Position numbers and translations under genes: made by a program
Source: Anthoceros angustus
Lineage: Eukaryota > Plantae > Anthocerotophyta
DNA: 64,000 nt
Direction of reading: 5' to 3'
NCBI GenBank assembly: GCA_010909165.1
Contig: VJWM01000044.1
Span: forward strand, 620,001 to 684,000
In this document: positions 11,646-24,517 of the stretch, in pieces
Layout of the letters: each line of letters begins with the position of its first letter
How positions within the stretch are numbered: position 1 is the first letter of the stretch
The notes under the pieces: model-generated
Seen by the model: the letters and a program-made list of their open reading frames with translations, nothing else
What the model was told of the DNA's origin: nothing
Databases searched by the model: none

Positions 11646-12558
11646 GTGAACGCAATCGGATGATCCGACCCGGATCGAGGCTCTTCCCCACCTCTAGTGC
11701 AGCCATTGCGCCACTAGAGGTGGGCCCGAGCAAGCTGCGGTGACCACTAAGTCCTCCTCCTCAGCCCACTCATGGGCTGGGGGTCTCGCATGGTCCGTCC
11801 GAGCCTGTTCTTCCTGGGCTGGTTGAGGCCACCCCAACCACCCCCTACACTCCACTCCCGAGGTTAGAACTATTGGACTGCGTTTCCCCTCCACGAGTTC
11901 GGACCTGGGGGTCCGTCCTCTCCTCTGACAGTGGGACCTTGAGGTGCGTCCTTTCTCGCTCACCGATGTCGGGACCTTGGGGTCAAGTCCTCTCCTCTGA
12001 GTCCGGGACCTCGGTCTGTCCTCTGAGTCAGGACCTGGAAGGGTCCGTCTCCTCCGGCCTCAGGACATCCAAGTCCAGGCCTCCCCCAAGGGTCCCAGAG
12101 CTTTGAAAAATGGACCCACCTTGGCCATTCCCTTGCCTCATCCCCTCTCTAGCTAGGTCCCCACAAGCGCCTCGAACTTAGCACTCCTATGTCTTTCCCT
12201 AGAACCTTCTCTGTACCCCTCAAGCGTTTGGGTGCCTCTACTATAGGATCTTGTTGTCTCGGTCGTCAGCCCTCCTTATCGGTCGACCTTCCTCCTCCCA
12301 GGCCCTCCCAGCTACGCTCCTCGTCCTGCTAAGCGGGGCTCCCAGGTTCACAATGTGGGCGTGACTTTTCCTAGGCCGCAGTCGTCTCAGGCCCCCTCAT
12401 CCAGGCTCCTCTTGGCGGGTCCAGTCTGGTCGGCGGTGTCTTTTGTGCTGCCCAGTGTGTGACCGGAGCTCCATTGATGTCACGTGGAAGTCGGGTCGAC
12501 TGGCTGGATGGCCTCCTCCACATAGTACGGGACACTCAATACCTCCGCCTCAGTTTAG

Positions 12559-12819
12559 CCATGAAGATAGGGTGTTCGAGTTATTACTTAAGTTTCAATA
12601 TATCTAGTTATAGTAGCATGTGTATATATATAGCTTTATTTAAATAGCTTACCCTTTCATTGAGGGGTTTACATCCCTAGGCCCAAGGTCATGTCTCTTG
12701 GCTACTAGAATAAGTCTAGTTGCTACAATTAATACTCACTTACTGTCTTTATGCACATATATACAATAATGTAATTGATAAATACTCAATTGGTTTGCAC
12801 CATTATCATGGCTTCCACA
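12559..12819 (+). repeat. 5' LTR of copia B (unit 1)
   Basis: Near-identical to 25726-25980, 44463-44716 and 54586-54839, and followed by the PBS. Confidence 0.88.
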
Positions 12820-15800
12820 TGGTATCGAGCCATGCTAGGTGCATTGCATTCACAAGAATGCACATTAAATTGTGCACATATATGATGTGCATATAGAAGT
12901 TCTTTGTGTTTTCTTTCTTAGAAAACAATTTCTAATAGAAATCAAGAAAATGTTTGAGAAACCCTTTGTAGTTATTTTGTTTGATTTGTTTATAGAATTT
13001 TGCATTTTAGGAGCCGCTCTAGTTCATCTGCCGCATTGTTGCAAAGCAATCCGCCATCGCATAGAACACCGCCGTATGAAATATCTTTATAAAATCATAT
13101 AGAATTACAAAATGTTTCTTGGAATTTTCTAAAATACAAGAATTTTGGCCAAATGAATGGCCGATCCTCGTGACAGATGCGGCCCGATGGCACAATCGCC
13201 AAATACAACTGGTGCGCAAGTGAACGCAGAAGAAGAATCGATCTTCACCAACAGCGCCCGCCTCCTCGAGGACTCAAAATCTCCCAAATGTGCAACTCCG
13301 CTATTGTTGGTAACGGCAATCTTGGGTTTCCTAACCACAAGCGTAGCACACCACATATCACATTTAAGTTCTAGACTAGAATCACAATGACATGTAGATG
13401 ACGCTTTGAAAACATAAGTCGAAAAATTACGCTTCTGAGGACTTACAATCATTGCTGGAGCAGGTTGGTCACTTGGATTTCAAATTGTTTGCTTTGTTAA
13501 AGCCTGCTCTTCTTGCTAACCCTGCAATCATAGGGACAGCTTGTAAGCATGCTACAAAAACTAACAAGCATCATAAATTTGAGCATCCAAACTCGTGTCC
13601 ATCATGCATGACCTATTTCTTTAATCGCTGGGAGATTAGGAAACATAACATAAAGGAAAAGGTAGATAGGAGATGGTCAATTTGCATGTCGACCAACGAA
13701 CCCATCTTACCTCAGAAGAACAGCCTAGCCAGCCTACTGATGCCAGCATCATAGCTCTTCTCGAATCCTCACACCGTTAACCCGTGCACTGGGTTGTGCA
13801 TTAGATCCATCCATCCTCACCGTGAGGAGATGTCCCAAACATGGACGCTTAATCTAGCTGGGAGGGATTCAAAGAGAAGGATAGATTCGGGGGGCAGACT
13901 ATGACATCTGGGTCCTTAGGATGCAGCACTTCAAAATAGCGATTGTGGCCTTGGGTAAATGGAACATCAAAGTCCTTGATCATTCTCTCACCGCCGAATG
14001 GCACTTGGAATGGATGAAGTCAGCCTCCTTCGAGTGGTCCGTCGACCATGTTGAGACAGTTGCAAAAGACCTCACCGATATTTGACGCTGCCCAAAGCCT
14101 TTTGCCGGAATGATGACACAAGTCAAAATGATCGCCGCATACATACAAAACTTGAAGATGAAAGAAGGAGAATCTATTGAAAACACACTACCTTTAGATC
14201 TCTAGTCTCCAAGTTTGAAAGTGCTGCACAGATAGTGTGAAGGATCGTGCTCTCATCTTCATTTCATGATGTCACTCCAATCTTGGGCACATGTGACCTC
14301 TTTCAACACCTCGCAACCATAAGGGCGAAAGATCGCCAAGGCAGTGTTGACCTCCCCAAAACAACATTTGCAGAATTAGTGGGACTTCTTCGTGAAGAAG
14401 TAACAAGAGGATCAATTGCCGCTGTAAATGCTTTTTGTACACTAACAAAGGAAAGGGCAAGAAGCCCAACTCGTAGGCAGAATACACTCGCTAGTACACA
14501 AGGAGCTTCTACACGAAGCTCAAGAAGGCTGGAAAGTGCCACGTGCCAAATTCCGTGCCATTGGGAGACCGAGTGTCGAAAGAAGCCCGAGTACCTCAAG
14601 GAGGGCAACTCTCGCATACACATGTTGTGGTGACTAAACAAGGCTCAGCCCTCACCGTAGGGACCAGGAGTTTTCCTACCCTCTTGCTAACCCCACATGC
14701 TTGTTTGCAAATACCAAGGCAAACCCATACAGGAGTGGTTCCTTGATACATGTGCAACAATGCATATCCGCTGACAAGTTCATTACATGCAAAGTTAGTT
14801 CACAGCATTTGTTTACCTAGGTGATATAGTAGGCTTGTGTGCCCGGTGTTGGCACGCAAGTCCCGTCCCTTCGTGCACGCCTTGCTTACAGATGTGTATC
14901 ATGTGCCCGAAATGACAAGAAACTTGATTTACATTAGGAGGTTGAATATGGATAATCATAGTTACATCCTCTTCACTCCGACAATGTAGGATTATAGATG
15001 CTTTTGATCATCGAAATCCTAGCCTATGGATCATCGCACCATGATCCGCTTAGATCGCACATCACATCACCACACCTTTAGATTCAAAGTCGCTCGAGAT
15101 AGCCGCAGCGAAGAACATGCTAGGTTATGGCATGCACGCTTAAGTCACCTCACAACGAAAGTTGCAAAAACTAGTCGCTAGTGACCTATATTGGCGCAAG
15201 TGGGAGCTACTCCACATTGTGAGGACTTTGACCTCTCACGCCACTGCTTTTTGATGATTCTCGCTCTTGAGGAGATTGCTCCTGTGGGGGAAGAACAGAA
15301 CACGATGATCGGGATAGTGAGCGAAATGGTAAAACTTGCAAGAAAGAACCTCCTCCGTAACTGAACCAGGTGACCTTTTACGAACACGATCACGGACGAT
15401 CCAGACATTGATGAGAATCAAGGCCGAGATCACGCAGAGGTGAACATGAGTTTTACCCTACATCCTCAAGACCCACCACAACTTGGCCTTGTTATCCCGC
15501 AAGAGAAAGACGGCACAGACCCAACAGGACTTTGAAACCAACAGTTTAATGCGCTACTTCCTGGATTCTATCGAACCTCAATCCTAGGAAGAAGCTCTTG
15601 GCAGTCACCGCTGCAGAGTGGAAAAGGCAATTCAATTAGAATATGATTGATCAAGAATGGAACTTGGGAACTAGCCAAGTTACGCTGTCGCAAGGTGGTG
15701 TCTTAAGCGGTTTTCAAATCAAGGTAAAGGCTGATGGAACTTTTGATGGTACAAAGCACGACTGTAGCTTGTGGCTTTTCCCATCAAATTGACTTCAAAA

Positions 15801-16234
15801 CATATGCTCTGTGATGAAGCTGCCACTTAGACAACTGTGCCTGGCGACATCAAGACTATGAGTTAGATATGTTCGATGTAAAATGCCTTTCTACATGGCG
15901 AGTTGGACAGAGATTCATATGCAACACTGCAGGATACAAGTAAAGGGGAAGATCATGTCTTGCGCCTTATAAACCTCTAGGCTCAAGCAATCAGCATTAG
16001 AGTGGAATGATGTCCGAAGAACTGCTGCACTGTTTTAAATGTGTGAGTACCAGACGCTCACAGATGCGTGATGTTGTGCTATCTAGTCAGTTGATGATCC
16101 GACGATTCTATAGCCCCACATTCATCACCAAAGTTAATAAGTCATATCTACCAAGTTTGAACCCTACTAGAAATGGCAGCCCATTCGATCATTGTTGCAA
16201 TTTTATGTTACACTTCAAATTGCAATGTTACATA

Positions 16235-16640
16235 GGCTTGGTATTAAGTTTGACACTATTCCTTCTCATTTTGTCACCATCTTAACACGAACTGACTCTC
16301 TTCCTCATCACCTCACCCTCCTAAGTACACCCTCTCTCACAAGCATTGTTTATGATTTCAAACATATACTATGCAAACTCGCTTATGTTACCTTTGTTAC
16401 AATTTCATGTAACACTTTCCATTTGGAACACTCATGAAGTTAGTTGGCTTGGTGTTAAGTTTGTGATACTCTTCTCCACCTTCTCTCACCATCTTAACAA
16501 CATGCAAGTGGTCTGACCTTACACCTCACCATTAAGAGCTTAGCATTAAGTTTGTTGGCTTGGTGTTAAGTTTGTGATTTTCTTCTTCACCTTCTCTCAC
16601 CATCTTAACAACTCGCTTTGGTCTCTCCTTTCACCTCACA
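16235..16640. repeat. Subterminal repeats of the CACTA-like element (GGCTTGGT[AG]TTAAGTTTG...CACCATCTTAACA x3)
   Basis: Three copies at ~16235, ~16446 and ~16557, also present in the other CACTA copies. Confidence 0.75.
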
Positions 16641-17119
16641 CTCCTAGTTAATGCTCGATGACACCCATTTTATAATTTTTCCTCTTTGTGTTGCAACATG
16701 TGTTCCCCTCTCACGCTATTATTTTATTCTTCCCTCTTGCTTTTCCTACATGATGAACCAAGAACTCTATCTCTCTCCTGTGGTTGTCATTCTCTTTCCA
16801 TTTTGCCTCCTTTGCATAGCTATGCATTTATAATCTACCTTCCCTCTTCAATGCACCCTTGTGTCCACATCCGGTTTTGTTTTAAGCTCCACACAATTGA
16901 AAACTCTTGTTTTACCGATTATGTATAGTAGGATTCTAGATTATTTATATGTCTATCTATATATATGGTTTATGTGCCCACTTGTTGTGTATATTCCTAT
17001 ATATATATATTGAAATACGTATTTATGTATGTATATATATGTATTTATACTTGTATATACTTGTAACCTAAACATAATATTATTTACCTATGTCTAAGTT
17101 CGTGGTGCGAGGCTCACTC

Positions 17120-18560
17120 TACGTTCGGAGGCAACGAGGAGGCGGGGGAGAGGAGGAAGGGGAGAGGCAAGGAGGAAAAGGGGGAGAGGGATCTGAGGTA
17201 GAGGAGGAGGAGGAGAGGGAGGGCGAGATGGAAGGAGGAGGAGGGGGAAAGCGAAAGGACAGGAGGGGGAGATTATAAGGAGGAGGAGTGGAAGATGGAA
17301 AAGAAGAGGAGCAAGAGGAGGGAGAAGGGAGGAAGAGGAGGGAGATGGGAAGGAGGAGGAGGGGAGAGGAAAGGAAGAGGAGGCCCGTTCCATGCCGTGT
17401 GATTTCCAGCCTCAAATTTTCAAATTGATGAACTAGTGACACGACGTTGGTGAAGGGATGGTGGCGGGCGATCACGTGTACACCGCAGTAAGATCTTGAG
17501 CATTGCAAGTCGTGCCAAGACTTGTTCCAATGTGATTTCCTCTCAAATTTTTGCGTAACTAGCTAGTGTGATTTGATGTTAGACAAGGCGATAGGCAAGG
17601 AGGAAAAGGGGAGAGGGATCTGAGGTAGAGGAGGAGGAGGAGGAGGAGGAGGAGGAGGAGGAGGAGGAGGAGGAGGAGAGGGAGGAGAGGAAGGAGGAGG
17701 AGGGGGAAAGCGAAAGGACAGGAGGGGGAGATTATAAGGAGGAGGAGGGGAAGATGGAAAAGAAGAGGAGCAAGAGGAGGGGGAGAGGGGAGGAAGAGGA
17801 GGGGGAGATGGGAAGGAGGAGGAGGGGGAGAGGGAAAGGAAGAGGAGGAGGCCCGTTCCATGCTGTGATTTCCAGTCTCAAATTTTCAGCTGATGCGTAA
17901 CCAGTGTGACACGCCGTTGGTGAAGGGATGGTGGCGGGCGATCACGTGTGTACCGCAAAGATCTTGTACTTGCAGAGATTGCAAGGTCGTCAAGACCAAG
18001 ACTTGTTCCAATACTGTGATTTCCTCTCAAATTTTCAGCTATGAACTAGCTAGTGTGATTTGATGTTAGACAAGGCGATAGGCAAGGAGGAAAAGGGGAG
18101 AGGGATCCGAGGTAGAGGAGGAGGAGGAGGAGGAGGAGAGGGAGGCGAGAGGGAAGGAGGAGGAGGGGAAAGCAAAGGACGGGAGGGGGAGATTATAAGG
18201 AGGAGGAGGGGAAGATGGAAAAGAAGAGGAGCAAGAGGATGGGGAGAGGGGGAGGAAGAGGAGGGGGAGATGGGAAGGAGGAGGAGGGTGAGAGGGAAAG
18301 GAAGAGGGGGAGGCCCGTTCCATGCTGTGATTTCAAGTAAAGACTGCCATGCCGTGATTTCATCTCAAATTTTCACCGCGAATCAGCAGACACGACGTTG
18401 GTGAAGGGATGGTGGCGGGCGATCACGTGTGCACCGCAAGCGATCTTGTACTTGCAGCATTGCAAGGTCGTGCCAAGACCGTTCCAATCGGTGATTTTCT
18501 CAAATTTTCAAATTATGAACTAGCTAGTGATTTGATGTTAGACAAGGCGATAGTAGCATG
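17120..18560. repeat. Internal ~450-500 bp tandem repeat (x3) with (GGA)n-rich purine tract
   Basis: Unit GGCAAGGAGGAAAAGGGGAGAGGGAT...GGCCCGTTCCATGC...GTGAAGGGATGGTGGCGGG...TAGCTAGTGTGATTTGATGTTAGACAAGGCGATAG. Also at 20990-22400 and 49140-50545. Confidence 0.85.
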
Positions 18561-20029
18561 GCGGGGTGTCTCGTGTACATGTACAATGCAAGTAGTTGCA
18601 AGGTCGCCAAGACCCATTCCATCGTTATTTCCTATCTCAAATTTTCACGATGCGTAACAAGATGTGAAGTTAGGGAAGGCGGAAGAATGGTGGGGTCTCA
18701 TGTACATGTATACTGCAAGGTGAGGCCAAGACCCATTCCATGCTTATACCTCAAAATTTTATTTGATGCTAGATGATGTGACATTAGAGAAGGAAGTGCG
18801 GTCTTGGGCGAATAGGAGTGACAAGGCCGATGCACTAGGAGGGACGTTTTGGAGGCCGGATCCCTGGCAAAAGAGGCGAGTGTGTCACCAGCAAGTGACA
18901 TGTGTTGAGTGTGTGAAAACAACGCAAGGGAGTGGAAGAGGCGGGTGGCGAGGAGGATAGGAGTGAGCAACCAGCAGCCATGGTCAAGGCAAAAGGGCAG
19001 AAATATGAGATTGTCTAGGGGAGAGAGAAGGAGGGAGGACTTGAGCCAAACAACCCAAGCAAGATAGCAAACATGGGTCCGCTGTAGCACAAACTCGTAA
19101 GCACAAAAGGCAGAGTGCTCAAGGACAAACGTACGTGGATATGTACAAAGTATACGTTATCCGCAGGTATATATGCTTATTTTATACAAAATAGAATATG
19201 GACCAGTATATCTGAAATTACCGTATATATGTCACCATGAACAATATGTGTATTTTGAATGATGAATGTATCCGTATTCATACAGTATGCATGAATACAT
19301 GTATTTATGTATTCACAGTATACGGAACTACTAAGTAAAACTAGGTATTCCATAGAGTAATAGTAGTAAAAGGAGGAAGGTAGATGGGAGGTTTGGTACC
19401 AAGCCTCCAAAAGTTACAAGACTTTTCTTGTAACACTTTTATATGCAATCTTGTTGCAATCTTGAGAGAGGACAAAGCACCTCTCACTTCATCTCAACAT
19501 AATTGCAACACCATTGCAACATATGCAACAAACGCTCCGTTTGGTTTCGCCAAAGTGTAACAAGAGGCCCAAAAGTGTTACATGACCCCAAAATTACATA
19601 TAAGTGTTACATCCAGGGTCCAAATCTTAACATAAGTGTAACATGGCGCCATTTCTAGTAGAAATGACTAACCTTGGAGCACTACCAGCCTCGGGAATCC
19701 TTATTCGTAGGGATAGGAAAGCAGATCTATATCTCACAAATTTCGACACTGCTAGAGTGTGTCAATACCTGGCTTGAAGGATGCAAAACCAAGACGACGC
19801 CCATTGCCTTGTGGACTCAAGTTTAGCAAGTCGATGAGTCCCGAAACACAAAAGGACATAGATGAAATGAGGTCCTGAAGAACTGCGTGCACTTGGATTG
19901 TGAAATGTGTGAACACCAGACGCTCACAGATTCAGTGATGTTATCTATGATATCGTTGATGATCACGATTCTATCCAATAGCCCCACATTCATCACCAAA
20001 GTTAACAGCCGCTATCTACCAAGTTTGAA

Positions 20030-23000
20030 CCCTACTAGAAATGGCAGCCCATTCGATCATTGTTGCAATTTTATGTTACACTTTCAAATTGCAACAAGCT
20101 ATGTAGGCTTGGTATTAAGTTTGACACTATTCCCTTCTCATTTTGTCACCATCTTAACACGAACTCTCTCTCTCATCACCTCACCCTCCTAAGTACACCC
20201 TCTCTCACAAGCATTGTTTATGATTTCAAACATATACTATGCAAACCGCTTATGTTACTTCCTTTGTTACAATTTCATGTAACACTTTCCATTTGGAACA
20301 CTCATTAAGTTAGTTGGCTTGGTGTTAAGTTTGTGATACTCTTCTCCACCTTCTCTCACCATCTTAACAACATGCAAGTGGTCTGTTGACCTTACACCTC
20401 ACCATTAAGAGCTTAGCATTAAGTTTGTTGGCTTGGTGTTAAGTTTGTGATTTTCTTCTCCACCTTCTCTCACCATCTTAACAACTCGCTTTGGTCTCTC
20501 CTTTCACCTCACACTCCTAGTTAATGCTCGATGACACCCATTTTATAATTTTTCCCTCTTTGTGTTGCAACATGTGTTCCCTCTCACGCTACTATTTTAT
20601 TCTTCCCTCTTGCTTTTCCTACATGATGAACAAGAACTCTATCTCTCCCTTGGTTGTCATTCTCTTTCCATTTTGCCTCCTTTGCATAGCTATGCATTTA
20701 TAATCTACCTTCCCTCTTCAATGCACCCTTGTGTCCACATCCTTTTGTTTTAAGCTCCACATACAATTGAAAACTCTTGTTTTTACGATTATGTATAGTA
20801 GGATTCTAGATTATTTATATGTCTATCTATATATATGGTTTGTGCCCACTTGTTGTGTATATATATATATATATATATGAAATACGTATTTATATGTATA
20901 TATATGTATTTATACTTGTATATACTTGTAACCTAAACATAATATTATTTACCTATGTCTAAGTCTGGGTGCGAGGCTCACTCTGCTCGGAGGCAAGGAG
21001 GAGGCGGGGAGAGGAGGAGGAGGAGAGGAGGAAGGGAGAGGCAAGGAGGAAAAGGGGAGAGGGATGAGGAGAGGAGGAGGAGGAGGAGGAGGAGGAGGAG
21101 AGGAGGCGAGAGGGAAGGAGGAGGAGGGGAAGCGAAAGGAGGAGGGGAGATTATAAGGAGGAGGAGGGAAGATGGAAAAGAAGAGGAGCAAGAGGAGGGG
21201 GAGAAGGGGAGGAAGAGGAGGGGGAGATGGGAAGGAGGAGGAGGGGGAGAGGGAAAGGAAGAGGAGGAGGCCCGTTCCATGCTGTGATTTCCAGTCTCAA
21301 ATTTTCAGCTGATGCGTAACCAGTGTGACACGCGTTGGTGAAGGGATGGTGGCGGGCGGGATCACGTGTACACCGCGGATCTTGTACTTGCGAGCATTGC
21401 AAGGTCGCCAAGACTTGTTCCAATCGTGATTTCCTCTCAAATTTTCATTGTTGCGTAACTAGCTAGTGTGATTTGATGTTAGACAAGGCGATAGGCAAGG
21501 AGGAAAAGGGGAGAGGGATCGAGGTAGAGGAGGAGGAGGAGGAGGAGGAGGAGGAGGAGGAGGAGGAGGAGGAGGAGGAGGCGAGAGGAAGGAGGAGGAG
21601 CGAAAGGAGGAGGGGAGATTATAAGGAGGAGGAGGGAAGATGGAAAAGAAGAGGAGCAAGAGGAGGGGAGAGGGGAGGAAGAGGAGGGGAGATGGGAAGG
21701 AGGAGGGGGAGGGAAAGGAAGAGGAGGAGGCCCATTCCATGCCGTGATTTCAGTCTCAAATTTTCGATGCGCGTAACTAGTGACACGACGTTGGTGAAGG
21801 GATGGTGGCGGGGATCACGTGTCCGAAACAGATCTTGTACTTGCAGAGCATTGCAAGGTCGAGGCCAAGACTTGTTCCAATAATTGTGATTTCCTCTCAA
21901 ATTTTCATTGCGTAACTAGCTAGTGTGATTTGATGTTAGACAAGGCGATAGGCAAGGAGGAAAAGGGGAGAGGGATCCGAGGTAGAGGAGGAGGAGGAGG
22001 AGGAGGAGGGGAGAGGGAAGGAGGAGGAGGGGAAAGAAAGGAGGAGGGGAGATTATAAGGAGGAGGAGGGAAGATGGAAAAGAAGAGGAGCAAGAGGAGG
22101 GGAGAGGGGAGGAAGAGGAGGAGATGGGAAGGAGGAGGGGAGAGGGAAAGGAAGAGGAGGAGGCCCGCTCCAGTGATTTCAAGTAGACCCGCTCCATGCC
22201 GTGGATTTCGCCTCAAAATTTTCAGATGCGTAACAGTGTGACATGACGTTGGTGAAGGGATGGTGGCGGGATCACGTGTACCGCAAGCGATCTTGTACTT
22301 GCAGCATTGCAAGGTCGTGCCAAGACCGCTCCAATCCGTGATTTCCTCTCAAATTTTCAATTGTGTAACTAGCTAGTGTGATTTGATGTTAGACAAGGCG
22401 ATAGTAGCATGGCGGGGTGTCTGTGTACATGTACAATCGCAAGTAGTTGCAAGGTCGCCAAGACCCATTCCATTGTTATTTCCTATCTCAAATTTTCACC
22501 GATGCGTAACTGTACTATGATGTGAAGTTAGGGAAGGCGATGGAAGAATGGTGGGGTCTCATGTACATGTATAGCTGCAAGGTGAGGCCAAGACCCATTC
22601 CATGCTATGATTTCCTACCTCAAAATTTTATTTGATGCGTAACTGATGTGATGTGACATTAGAGAAGGCGATGTAGGGCGGGTCTTGGGTGAATAGGGAG
22701 TGACAAGGGCAGTAGGAGGGACGTGTTTGGAGGGCTGATCCGGTGTCAGAGCACAAAGAAGGGCGAGTGTAATCACACCAGCAAGTGACATGTGTTGAGT
22801 GTGGACAAGGAAAACGCAAGGGAGTGGAAGAGGCGTGGCGAGGGAGGATAGGAGGAGCAACCAACAGCAGCCATGGTCAAGGCAAGGCAAAAAGGCGTAA
22901 TGGACATGAGGCGCTTGTCTAGGGGAGAGAGAAGGAGGGAGGACTTGAGCCAAACAACCCCATGCCCGATAGCAAACATGGGTCCGCGTAGCACAAACTC

Positions 23001-23630
23001 GATACAAAAGGCACCGAGTGCTCAAGGACAAACCGGTAAACGACGTGGACGTGTACAAAGTATGCGTTATCCGTGGTGATATATGCTTATTTTATACAAA
23101 ATAGAATATGACCGTATATCACAGGAAATTACCGTATAGTATATGTCACCATGAACAATATGTGTATTTTACGAAGAATGTATTCGTACATGTATTTATG
23201 TATCTATGTATTTATATGGGTATCAGTATGAATACATGTATTTATGTATCTGTGTATTCATACGAGTATCAGTGGGAACTACTAAGTAAAACTAGGTATT
23301 CCATAGGGTAATAGTAGTAAAAGGAGGAAGGTAGATGGGGAGGAGGTTTGGTACCAAGCCTCCAAAAGTGTTACAAGACTTTTCTTGTAACACTTTATAT
23401 GTTGCAATCTTGTTGCAATGTTGAGAGAGGACAAAAGCACCTCTCACTTCATCTCAACATAATTGCAACACCATTGCAACATGGTTGCAACAAACGCTCC
23501 GTTTGGTTTCCAAGCCAAAGTGTAACAAGAGGCCCAAAAGTGTTACATGACCCCAAAATTGCAACATAAGTGTTACATCCAGGGTCCAAATCTTAACATA
23601 AAAGTGTAACATGGTACGCCATTTCTAGTA
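20030..23630. mobile_element. CACTA-like element copy 1b (product of local tandem duplication together with flanking RT)
   Basis: Same TIRs, same GAA TSD and same RT flanks as 16162-19660. Confidence 0.78.
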
Positions 23631-24517
23631 GAAATGACTAACCTTGGAGCACTTCACAGCCTGGGAATCCTTATTCGTAGGGATAGGAAAAGCAGATCTA
23701 TATCTCTCACACCTCGACACTGCTAGAGTGCCGAATGCCTGGCTTGAAGGATGCAAAACGTGACGCCATTGCCTTGTGGTGAAGTTTAGCAAGTCGATGA
23801 GTCCCGAAACACAAAAGGACATAGATGAAATGAGGTCACCCCCTGTGAAGGGTGTTGGGAAACTAATCTATGCGCCCAACACCACAAGACCCGGTTGCCT
23901 ACACCACTAGCGTACTCGCAATATCTTGAAAATCTTGGTCAGACCCACTGGACAGGGGTTAAGAGAGTTGTTAGGTACCTAAAAGGAACATCAAACATAG
24001 GCTGAGACCGGACGTTCACATCGCCCCCTTTGCTGGGCCGGAGGCGATACAGTCGACTCGGGAGATGTTGATAACGAAGATCGGGTTTGAGCTGCGTCGT
24101 TATGGTAGCAGGAGGACCTATATGCTGGTCTAGCAAAAAGCAACCCACCGTTGCTACATCAAGCACCGAGGCTGAATATCGCGTTCTTACAGCTGCAGCC
24201 AAGGAGATTGCGTGGTGCAAATTGATGTTCAAGGAACTTGGGCCACTTCCATGTACCATGATAAAGACGGACAACCGGTCAATGAACTTGGCTAAAATCA
24301 CAGATTCCACTCTCGCATCGAAGCACATGGAGGTGGAGTATCATTTTATCAGGGACCTCATCAAGTCAGGACAAATCACGCTGGAATATATACCAACCGC
24401 AGAAAATCCAGCAGATGTGTTCACTAAGCCCCTCAGTAGGGATGCACACTACAGACATATGAGAAGTCTGGGCATGGGCAGCCATGAAGGCTACCCAGAG
24501 GCCCTACCTACCAAACC

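Larger units (their letters stand above)
16162..19660. mobile_element. Non-autonomous CACTA/CMC-like DNA transposon (copy 1a) inserted in copia B RT
   Basis: TIRs (CCC)TACTAGAAATGGC and GCCATTTCTAGTA, 3-bp TSD GAA. Removal restores RT KFE|MTNLG. Many subterminal TGTTGCAA/GTGTTACA-type motifs in both orientations. No transposase ORF. Confidence 0.78.

Noticed and set aside
16235-16640. Repeat-spacer-like pattern suggesting CRISPR
   Set aside because: Only three long degenerate repeats, no cas genes, eukaryotic context. They are transposon subterminal repeats.
17090-22312. Many poly-Glu/Gly/Pro/Ser/Leu ORFs
   Set aside because: They are translations of (GGA)n purine tracts in the CACTA-like internal repeat, open in several frames on both strands.
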